Positions 12,062-22,155 of a DNA stretch of 64,000 nt are shown one piece after another. Made by a program: the position numbers and the translations under genes. The notes beneath the pieces are model-generated. The model saw only the letters and a list, made by a program, of their open reading frames with translations. It was not told where the DNA came from and did not search any database. This DNA is from Paraspadella gotoi (lineage: Eukaryota > Animalia > Chaetognatha), in contig CM119267.1 in NCBI GenBank assembly GCA_051294375.1, positions 10,849,045-10,913,044 of the forward strand, in the 5' to 3' direction. Numbering within the stretch: the first letter of the stretch is position 1; every line of letters begins with the position of its first letter.

Positions 12062-14516
12062 TTAATAGTCATTGCGCCACGGCCTCCGGCGAACTGGAGA
12101 TCGCGCTTCCTCTGAAGAGGATCGAGAATAAGAGCGACGCCGCCTCCCTCCGCTTCCCTGCGACGGGGATCTGGACCCCGAAGACCCTGAGCCCGACGAT
12201 TCTGGCGACTCGACCTCCCGTCGTCTCCGTTGTCGAGCGTAATAGGCCTCTCGGGGTATGAATGGGGCCTCGTGGCCGGCGACGAACTCTTCGTCCACGT
12301 CCGAGTTGAACCGCCCATCTTCCTCCTCGTCCTCATCGGAGAGCTCTCCCTCCTCCAGATCCTCTTCCGGTTTCTTCTTTTTCGGCACGACAACGGCGGA
12401 GGATGTGGGCGCGCGAAGCATTTCGTGAGAGTACGATGATGGCGGCAGCTTTTGCGGCCGCAAAGACGCAGACTCCGCGTCGACCATCGTCGCGACGGCT
12501 GATGCCGATTTTGCCGGCGTTGGCGGACCAAGGTCTTCGAGGGTGATGGCCTTTTCTTCGCGCACTTTTCGTCGCTGCAACTTCTTGCCGGCGGGCGTCT
12601 GTTTTTGAGCGGATCTTTTGGTGGCGAACTTGAGGTTGATCTTCTTAGCCCGAGTGAGTTCGAGTTTGGAGAGCTGATCGCCATCGAGGAAGCGATCCTC
12701 ATCGCTCGAATCAGAATATTCCGAATTGTCACGAGTGTGATCGCGCGTGTTATCGCGGGTACCATCGTCAAAGTCGTCAGTAAAGGAGTTGTTGGACCGA
12801 GGACGTGGCTCGAGATTCCCGTAGCCTTCGTTACGATAACGACTGCGAAGAGATGAGTCTCCGTCGAAGGTCTCGGCCTCTGTGGTTGTCTCGCCCCGAC
12901 CGAGGGATTGATCCACGGAATTGTCGAAGAAAGAATAAACGTATTCAGCTCCGTATGGGTCGACGCGGTATATCAGTTCATCCATAAGTGCGCGAACCTC
13001 TTCTTCAACACTGAGTTCGCGAGGTTGCCAAGAACCGTGGCCCGACGCGGAAGCAGAGGCGCCGTACGAATCAGAGTACTCGACCATTCGTGGGTCCCCA
13101 AAAGCCGCAACGTAAGCGGCGTAAGTATGGCTGTAAGGTTGGTCTCGTTCGTCGTCCCCACGACGCCCTGAAGAGTGACGCTTTCGAAAACTTCGTTGAT
13201 TGAGTTTTGCTTTGTTAACCCGGAAGTCCAGGCGACCCTCTGCCACGTCGCCGTCCACCAAATCCTTCTTTTTCTTCTTCCGGAGTTTGGCGGCCTTCTT
13301 AAGAATCTCCGCTTGCTTCAGTTGCAAACTCTTTCCTTTTTCCGCGGACTTCGCGGGATCCTGGGACTCTTGAACGCCGTCACTAGAGTCAACAGCGTTT
13401 TCTTCCTGCTGCGCCTTCAGCTTCATCTCGGTCAATTTTCGAACGGATAGCTTGCGTTCCTCCGTGTCGACCTCTTCCAGGGGAACCTCTTCCTGATTAG
13501 ACTCTTCCTCGTCAAACTCTTTGAGAATGTCGAGATCGCCCTCTTCACTCTGTAGGGCTTTGGCGTCCACCTTTTGCTTCTTCTTTTCCAGCATTGATCG
13601 GATGGCGCGGGCGCGCATCTCCAGCTCCAGAATTTCTAACTGCTTTTTTCCACCCTTTCCCGCTTTGGTTTCTTTGGAGGAAGCTTCGACGCCCTCCTCC
13701 TCGGAGACGTCTACTAAGTCGTCCCTCTCCACGCCGAACGACGTCGAATCAGGCTGAGGTTCCGTTTCTTCCTCGTTCACTTCTTCTTCCTCTTCTTCTT
13801 CATCCATTTCATCCATTTCTTCCTCGCTATCGTCTGAGGAATCGGATCCGGATGAACCATCCATCGGGGTTGCCGACAGGATGGACCGAATGCGCTTCTT
13901 CGACATTCCCTCCAGCTGTTGCACGCAAAGATTATGCAATTCTTCCAGGTCGATCTTTTTTATGTTCTCAGGCAGCATGTTGCGAATCTTCGTCTTCTCC
14001 ACGCTCCTAAAATGATTTTTTTTTCAAATCCAGCCATGGTCGAATTGGTCAATAAAAAAAAAAATAAATCGCAGTAACGGACCTAAACATTTCTCTGACC
14101 ATTTCTTCTGGATTTTTGATGTATTTGGCGATCGAAAGCAGAGGGGTGTTCAGATCGTAGAGGGAAGGATCGAGTTCGTCGTCGTCATCTTCGCTGGATG
14201 AAGAGGAGGAACTCGCTTTCTTCTTCTTCTTCTTTTTGCCCTTCACGGCTGTTTTCTTCTTGGCATCGCTTTTCCTGCATTAAATACAATTATATTTAAA
14301 TTTTAATTTCCCAGCATAAAAGAAAAACAGATGAACCGAGGACAGACATACAAAAAAACAGTGAACAAACAACCTTTTCCTTCCTAAGGTGGGTTCCGTT
14401 GTAGAGTCCGCCGGAGCGGTCGTCCTCACGTTGACAGCAGGTTTGGGGGCCTGCTTGAAAATGCTTAACTCGTTCCTCGCCCTAACGTGATCGAAATATC
14501 CCGCTTGTCGAGGCAT
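12062..14516 (-). CDS. CAAP1: Caspase activity and apoptosis inhibitor 1-like protein with long acidic/RS-rich extension, 3 exons
   Basis: YIKNPEEMVREMFR|SVEKTKIRNMLPENIKKIDLEELHNLCVQQLEGMSKKRIRSIL and QLEILELEMRARAIRSML match the CAAP1/C9orf82 conserved blocks as recalled. Introns at about 14374-14276 and 14082-14007. Confidence 0.8.
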
Positions 14517-14642
14517 TTTATGGCAATTTTTACGAAATCTAAACTTTTTTTAATAAAAAACAAAAATTTTTTTATAAATACTGTAAATGTTTATAACTGC
14601 AAATCATTTATTTAAGTATAATAAACAAAAATGAACAAAAGT

Positions 14643-15678
14643 CTAAGTTCTATCCAACTCCGCGACCACGTCCAAGTGCTTGAAATCGCGAGGATTGTGA
14701 TTAAATGTTCTGAGTAGCTTCCGTCGCGAGTTTGTTGCTTTTTCCCCGTAGAACATTTGAATTTGCATAGCGAGAAACTGCGCCTCGACGGGTGTGAAGG
14801 CGTTAGGATCGAACTCTCCTCTCATGAGGACGACGCCCTTGTCGGCAGCCAACTCGTCGAAATGATGCACCGTAAGCGCGACCGGCGCGTTCTCCCCGTG
14901 GGTCTGGTACTGGATCAAGGGGGTGAGGTAGACGTCGTTTCCATTCCACTGACCCAAAACGTACTCCATCCCCTGTCCGCGGGGAAGGGCGTAGATAAAG
15001 CGTGGATTCTCGGATGCCGTCTGAGTCATTGAGCGCAGGGCATCCGGTGATGCCACCGCGCAAATGAAGTTTTTTCCCGCGTTTCGATGATATTCAAGCC
15101 AAATAGCTTCTATCTCTCCGGCGCTCTTTTCGAGGAACAATTCGAGTTTAACGACGTCCGCCAAAATGGGGCGACTCTTTGTAGACAACTTCACAGGGAG
15201 GGACTGTTTTTCCTCCAGACTCTCCAGCTTTTCCCTGACGACTCGCACCTCGTCCGGTTCTTCCTCGCGGAATTTGGCCCGCGCCTCGACGACCTTTCGG
15301 GCCAACTCGTCATCGTCCTCTGGTCGCTTTTGCAACTTGGACTTGTATTTTTCATAGTAGGGATTGCTCTTGACTTCCTCCAGTACAGCCTCGGAGGAGA
15401 AAGGAGGCGTTGTGTAAAGGGAACGACTAACAAAAAGATAAAATAAATATAGTACCTTATCTTCCTTGGGAAACTTTAATAAAATTAATTTACCTTTGGT
15501 CAATCTTGACCCCCTTGAAAAGAACTGGGTGGTGCCAGGCCACGAGTTTCGCCCCCAAAAGCGACGGATGCACCCGGTCGGCGACCGCGGTGGCGGCGAC
15601 CGCTTGCGCTCCAAGCCTTGAAAATAAGGCTCGGTTGCCCTCGGACATCCACGACATTCGCTTAATGAAACGGATCAT
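14643..15678 (-). CDS. ATPAF1: ATP synthase mitochondrial F1 assembly factor 1 (Atp11), 2 coding exons
   Basis: Basic, transit-peptide-like N-terminus (MIRFIKRMSW..), then NPYYEKYKSKL, LADVVKLELFLEKSAGEIEAIWLEYH, NPRFIYALPRGQGMEY, LTPLIQYQTHGENAP, ELAADKGVVLMRGE and EAQFLAMQIQMFYG. Confidence 0.93.
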
Positions 15679-15919
15679 CGAAACGAATCAAAATCGCTTT
15701 ACCCTAATTTAGGGCCAAAATCCTAAAAGAGGAGAACGAATGAGAATAAAAACCGGAACTTTAAATGAGTAATTGCGGTCCAAAAATTATTTTACATGAA
15801 TATCTTTGTTAATACAACATCACTGTTATAAGTATAAGAAAAAAAAGAGTTATAGTTTTTTTCCTACTTGTTAAAATAAAAGGGTCGAGCGCTTTCGAGA
15901 TAATTTCATTTGTGTGGGA

Positions 15920-15956
15920 GTTCCCTCTGGCGGAAAGTTTGTTGTTGTGACGTCAC
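15920..15956. promoter_or_regulatory. Palindromic CRE (GTGACGTCAC) and CTCF-like CCGCCAGAGGGAAC in the ATPAF1 5'-UTR intron
   Basis: Motif matches only, at 15947-15956 and 15920-15933. Confidence 0.3.
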
Positions 15957-16100
15957 GGAAGAGGAATATGGAGACAACAGAAATACATCTTTTGGCGCCT
16001 TCGTTTAAACGAATTTTCTCTTACCTGGGCTAAAAGTTATAAGTACATAAACCAGTAACATTAATCGGTTAACAGTGACAAAATCAAATTAATTTCTTGA

Positions 16101-16833
16101 CTAAAAAGCCAAGGATATGCGAAAAACGTCCCTAAATTGAAACATGATCCCCGACAGGAATGAATCTGGTCTGGTTAAATGTTCAATTATGAATAATCCA
16201 AAAAATGAAACTAAAGTAGCGGCCAGACGCTTTTCCGGGGCAAGTTCCATGGTTTTTAATATCTTTCCCGCAAATAAGGAAAAAAGCATTGACAAAAAAG
16301 CGGAAACGTGATAATCATAAATTCCGTAATGTAAAGAATCACGCTTGAAAAACTGGAGGAAATAAAAATTAGTTATACATGAAACTACAGCTAATTATAA
16401 AAATTTTACCTGTAAGACGACGATTACGGGAAATCTCATCGGTCTCATGAACATGGTTAAAGTCCATGCGACGAGGGTGAAGGAACCCAAAACAACGACC
16501 TGGCATCCCGGAGCGAATAGGAAAAAAGGAATATTTTTGAGGAGACGCCAGAAATAATAATTGAGAGGCAGAAGCCAAGTCGCATAACAAACAAAGTCTG
16601 TAAAGCAGTCGTTTTGATGCCAGGTTCCTTTGTAAATATCAAACAAAAGAGCGGAGGTTTCAGCAAGCGAAACTGTAATAATATTTTTTCACAGATCCGA
16701 CGAACACCTTACCCCCGTCTTCAGGAAAATTCTGAGGCCGCGGATGATGATGAAAAAACAAGCCGCGTCTAAATGCGTTGGCTTGTTCGTTGTCGCCAAA
16801 AACAAACCTTCGGACCCATGGTCGGAACGTCAT
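16101..16833 (-). CDS. Uncharacterised multi-pass membrane protein, about 210 aa, 3 exons
   Basis: Splicing a 40-nt GTAAG..TTACAG intron and a 57-nt GTAAAA..CTCCAG intron joins three track ORFs into one frame: MTFRPWVRRFVFG..EDG|VSLAETSALLFDIYKGTW..FPVIVVLQ|FFKRDSLHYG..RISLAF*. Several hydrophobic segments; family not recognised. Confidence 0.65.
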
Positions 16834-17099
16834 TTCTCTATGTTGCAAAGTGGAATGACGATTCCTGTTATCGTTAATAGTTTATAATTAATAGTTAATA
16901 ATACAGTCGGGTGAAAAAAAACCGCGCCACTTTATAGCGGCTCTTAACAGCAAAACTGAACATAAAAAAAATTGATTCAATTATGATTAATCTTCTTTCT
17001 TTTAAATTAAATGAATGACAGATTAATAATTCGGAAGCTTTTGAATAATATTCAATTTTCTTATCTTGATTTGGAACGAACGAATGATTAATGCGCTAA

Positions 17100-17490
17100 C
17101 GAATTATTGATGTAATAGTAATTGATTAATGATATAATAGATTAATGATATAATATAAATTGATTAAGGATATTATATTAATTGATTAATGATATAATAG
17201 TAAATGATTATTGATGTAATAATAATTGATTATTGATGTAATAGTAATTGATTATTGATGTAATAGTAATTGATTATTGATAAAATAGTAATTGATTATT
17301 GATGTAATAGTAATTGATTATTGCTGTTACAATAATTGATTATTGATGCGATAATAACCAATTATTGATATGATAATAATCATTCACTGTTGTGATGATA
17401 ACCATTCACTGATACGATGATAACCATTCATTGAAAAGATGATAACCATTCATTGAAACGGTGATAATCATTTACTGATACAATGAGTCA
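17100..17490. repeat. 22-bp minisatellite (ATTGATGTAATAGTAATTGATT)n decaying into GATAACCATTCATT units
   Basis: Visible tandem units, related to the array at 3470-3665. Confidence 0.85.
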
Positions 17491-17723
17491 TTCATCGTAA
17501 ATAAAACAAATGCGAGTATGAATGTGAGAGAGAGAGAGAGAGAAGTCCAGCCGCTGCAGAGCTGAACTCGTTTTTAGACGAATCAGAAAAGGCAGCGACA
17601 CAGAAAAAGAAAGAGATCGACATATAATTAAAAGAGAGAACATATAATTAAAAAATAATTTATAATGTTTTTATATAGAGAAAGACAAAGTTTATTTGTT
17701 TATGTACAACGATTTATTTTTAC

Positions 17724-17766
17724 ATAGGACATGTTTCGGCTTTAAGTATAAGCCTTCATCAGCGTT
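17724..17766 (-). ncRNA. Hammerhead motif with intact core and weak stem I
   Basis: AACG-CUGAUGA-A-GGCUU(AUACUUA)AAGCC-GAAAC-AU-GUC^CUAU. Confidence 0.7.
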
Positions 17767-18720
17767 TGATTAATCAGACAAATTTTTCTCTTAACATTGA
17801 GTCAGAGAGAGAGAGAGAGAGATTGAGAGAGAGAGAGAGAGACAGAGAGAGAGAGAAAAGAGAGAGAGAGATAAAGCTTCCAACAAAGGTTGAGATAAGG
17901 ACAGTGGTCAGATTGAGGACAGGTGAAGGTAAGGAGAGAGAAGAAGAGGAAAGTGGTTGAAATGTGAATAGTGAAAATTTGAAGAGACAGAGAGAGAGAA
18001 AATATTTACATTTTTGTAATGTACAACAAAGATAAAGGAATAAATAATTCAATAACAACAAATAAATATACTTAATGCTTAAACTAGTAGATTTAACTGA
18101 GAATATTTTAACTAGTTTGTTAATTAAGATTGAAATAAAGAGAAAAGAAGAATGTGTGGTTAGGATAGCTAAGTTGTAGAATTAGAGAAAATAAAGATAA
18201 AGAAAGAGCTCAAAATAAGCTGCCCCCCCCCCCCGGCCTGGCAAAAGCAGGACGTTGATGATTTTGAGCTCTTTCTTTATCTTTATTTTCTCTAATTCTA
18301 AAACTTAGCTATCCCTAACCACACATTCTTCTTTTCTCTTTCTCTTTATTTCAATCTTAATTAACAAACTAGTTAAAATATTCTCAGTTAAATCTACTAG
18401 TTTAAGCATTAAGTATATTTATTTGTTGTTATTGAATTATTTATTCCTTTATCTTTGTTGTACATTATAAAAATGTAAATATTTTCTCTCTCTCTGTCTC
18501 TTCAAATTTTCACTATTCACATTTCAACCACTTTCCTCTTCTTCTCTCTCCTTACCTTCACCTGTCCTCAATCTGACCACTGTCCTTATCTCAACCTTTG
18601 TTGGAAGCTTTATCTCTCTCTCTCTTTTCTCTCTCTCTCTCTCTGTCTCTCTCTCTCTTCTCAATCTCTCTCTCTCTCTCTCTGACTCAATGTTAAGAGA
18701 AAAATTTGTCTGATTAATCA

Positions 18721-18763
18721 AACGCTGATGAAGGCTTATACTTAAAGCCGAAACATGTCCTAT
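18721..18763 (+). ncRNA. Hammerhead motif with intact core and weak stem I
   Basis: AACGCTGATGAAGGCTTATACTTAAAGCCGAAACATGTCCTAT. Confidence 0.7.
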
Positions 18764-19280
18764 GTAAAAATAAATCGTTGTACATAAACAAATAAACTTT
18801 GTCTTTCTCTAATTTGCAAAAACAACGAAAAGAAAGGAAATTAATATAATGTTTTTTATATAAAAATTGTTTTGTAAATAAAACAAACAAATGCATGTAA
18901 TAATATGAAACAGGACAATTTAAAAGACCTCAATGATAACAAGCCATATTTAAATTTTTAACTTCTTATGATATCACACATCAATCGTAATTCGTAGTAA
19001 TTTTTTTATAAAAAAATAGATATTGTATAGTTTCTTTTATTTTTGTTGCGTTTGAAATTTTAGGAAAAAACAGTTTTTGTGGGACAAACAACAGTCAAAC
19101 AGCTGTCTATTAAAATCGTTGTTTGTTCCATAAAAACTGATTTTCCTAAAAAAATAGTTATATTATTTTGTAAATAAAACAAACAAATCCGAATATTGAT
19201 ATGAAACTTGACAATTTAAAAAACCTTGATGATAAGAAACCAAATCTAAATTTTTAGCTTATTTTTACAATTTTTAATTT

Positions 19281-19450
19281 AAAGAAGAGTTTGAAATGGA
19301 TTCAACAACGATTTATTTGAAACAACGATGAAGGCTTGAACAAGAGCCGAAACATGTCCGTTAAATTATTATTGTTTCAAATAAATCGTTGTTGAATCCA
19401 TTTCAAACTCCTCTAAATCTCAACCACAACGAAACGAAAGGATCATAATG
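19281..19450 (+). mobile_element. Short 5'-inverted Penelope-like fragment with a truncated hammerhead
   Basis: GATGAAGGCTTGAACAAGAGCCGAAACATGTCCGTT (19327-19362) between inverted arms about 19281-19325 and 19372-19417. Tail CACAACGAAACGAAAGGA. Confidence 0.65.
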
Positions 19451-20120
19451 TCTAATTTCTAATTTTAAAAAGCGTAACGAATCGAAACGTAACGATGCTT
19501 AAGCCCATTTGGCGAGATAAAAAACAGTATTGGATAACTGAATTTTACAAAGATATGGAAAAATAAAACAAATTTTTTTAAAAGATAAGAACGCCAAAAT
19601 CAATTGGTATAAAAATTTAATAAAAAAAAGAAATTTTTGTCCAAAAAATTTTTCCATTATAAAATGTTTATAATATGAAATTGGCTGAACAAATTCAGCA
19701 TAGAATATCTATAAGGATAGATGTTAACCATTTTTAACTTAAATTAAAATAAGTAAGGAAACTATATAAAAAACAATCATTTGTTATTAATCCAAAAATA
19801 ATTTTTTAAAAAAGCTTTACTATTTATAAATATTTTTTTTTAAATTATAAAAGAAATAGTGGGGTCATCTAAAAAGTGGCTACTTTTTTTTACGCCGCAG
19901 TTTAGGGATAAAGCTTCCAACAAAGAATTGAAAAAAGGACAGTGTTAGGCTGAGGACAAGATAAATTAAGGACAGATAGACCGATGGAATGTAAAAATAA
20001 AAATCGTTGTATGAAAACAATAATAAAAGCATTTCTTGCATTTCTCGAAACGCAACGAATCAAAAGAAATAATACGATATCATTGAAGAGACAGTAATTA
20101 TTATTATGAGTTAGTGACAA

Positions 20121-20315
20121 AACCGTTCAATATAAGCAGTCCCTGAGCTTCGGATCAGGCTGTAACACTGTGTTACAGGCGGGTTAAGCGCCCCGTCCCT
20201 CTTAACTGCCAGACGACCACCGGGCTAGAACCCCGGACCTTTGGGTTGGGAGGCGAATGACTTGCCTCCGGCACCAATGGCCTATGATGAACGGTTGGTG
20301 GATTTTAGTCCACCA
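20121..20315 (-). mobile_element. Second copy of the tRNA-derived subTIR/hairpin element
   Basis: Reverse complement of 5169-5363. Decayed copies at about 25019-25150 and 56367-56520. Confidence 0.7.
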
Positions 20316-21436
20316 TATTATTAATGTTAAAACTACCATTGAGAAGCTTTTCATCTCTAATTTTTAAAACTTCTTTAGAAACGTGGATACATACCAAATT
20401 GTTCGTACATTTCGGCGATGAGATGTCTTTAAACAATAAAATGAAATTGGTACAACCAATATAAAATGTGATTGTCATTTTTTATTTTAATTAAATTTTA
20501 AATAAGTGTTAAAATAAGACCTGAAAGGTACCGGCCAATAAAGGAAAAGACCGAGTAGTTTCGACCTGATGGTTAAATCTTATCAAAACATCGGGAAAAC
20601 TGCCAGGCATCGTTTTTTGTACTCATTAATTGACAAAACTCCATAGCGTGCCACACCTTTAAAACATTATAAATTAGCAATTAAAATTTTTCCAAATTTA
20701 TGCTCTCGGAACCGGAACACACCCTCGCACCTGAAAAGAACGTTGTTCTTTCTTCAATGGTCAGTTTCTCCGCATCGCAAATTGTAGCTGAAATTGAACG
20801 TCAGCTCGATAACTTTTTAACGCGCGATAGTAAGACAACTGAAATGTATAATTCTAAAAGAGTAAATGTCAAAGGATAAAATTTCATAAAAACTATTACT
20901 TAACCGTAAGTAATAGTTTTTATGGAATTTAAGTTAATGGCAGACCGAGATGCTCGTCACAGTTCAAGTCAGTCCCCAACTCCAAGGACCGATATTTTAA
21001 TCTGTGGTTATCTTTACTCACATTTACTCACAAGAAATAACAGACAGTAGTATAAAGATCATAAAACAAAAATCACGATTCAGTTTAAAATTTAAAAAAA
21101 AATAAAAATTTGTACCACCATATCGACCGGTGATGCTCACTTTTTTTCAGGTCCGACTCGTCGCGCCGCGACTCGTGAGGATCGGGAATGACTTTCCCTT
21201 TTGTTCGCAGAAATGAATCGAAGGAAGATCAACGAGGAGAAGAGATTCGCTGTCTTCAGCTTTCCCCGGTTTCTATTCTGACTCCGTCCGACCAGTTTCT
21301 TTTTGGCAACTCCTCCTCGGTCCGATCTGTCTCAACGATCGGAAGCAGTTCAACGACGACGACGATGATGATGACGATGACTTTTTGACTTCGAATTTCT
21401 TCGTCTAATTGGGACTTGGACGAACCCACTTTCAAT

Positions 21437-22155
21437 TTAGAATTCGTTTGGAGGATCTGCTTCGATTTGGTTTTGCAGACTCGCTGCTTTTTTCTCTCTC
21501 TCATTCTCCCTCGAAATAGATTTCGGCACTTGCCTTGTTTTGAAACTTACTCATCGAGAGGTTGAAAAAGGTTTTCTCCTCTCGGGATCATTTTTCCTCT
21601 GAATTTGTTCGTTCTCCCACCTGAACAAAAAATACAATTAAAATACAAATGAACATGAGCGTTCCAGCTGTGTTATATAATTTTTTTCAAACCTTTTAAA
21701 GAAGATTTTTAAATAAGGTGAAATGACCCAACAAATCAGCGAACAAACCAATGAACAGAAAAAAAAACTGGCCCTTAACTCAATAAAAATATTAGATTAC
21801 TGGTTTATGGTTTTTGTTGCGAAAGCTTCTCGATAATATCGATATAACAGTTTATAATCTCATTCGTCTGGGTCACCTGCATCGCCCATCAGCGCCTATT
21901 AGATTGGGCAAATTTAACGAAAATCAAAATCTATTTTTTTTAGCGCCAATTATCTTGTACGACTTTTGAGAGAGGAAATGGCTAATTATAGAAATATTTT
22001 CCCATGGAACCGGTTTGGATCGGAAACGAAAATATGAAATAAAAATTTTCTAAATGTAAGGAGTACTCTAAATCCGTAAATACATGGAGATTATATTAGA
22101 CGTAAAATTCTCGTACATAGTATAAAAAAATTATCTTACCAAAGTTCGTAAACAT
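21437..22155 (-). CDS. Candidate spliced small ORF, 52 aa, 3 exons
   Basis: Exons 22155-22140, 21620-21551 and 21509-21437 join in frame to MFTNFGGRTNKFRGKMIPRGENLFQPLDEENEREKKAASLQNQIEADPPNEF*. Donors GTAAGA and GTAAGT are strong; the second acceptor is a weak GAG. Confidence 0.3.

Larger units (their letters stand above)
17661..18862 (+). mobile_element. Penelope-like pLTR derivative forming a near-perfect 1.1-kb palindrome, with a hammerhead motif in each arm
   Basis: Arms 17676-18216 and 18261-18811. TSD TATAATGTTTTT(T)ATATA at 17661-17677 and 18845-18862. Tail ACAACGAAAAGAAAGGA at 18822. Confidence 0.8.

Noticed and set aside
3903-18721. Duplicated ORFs MFRLTYESS.. and MINQTNFSLN.. on opposite strands
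   Set aside because: By-products of the inverted-repeat arms; no RT or endonuclease motifs.
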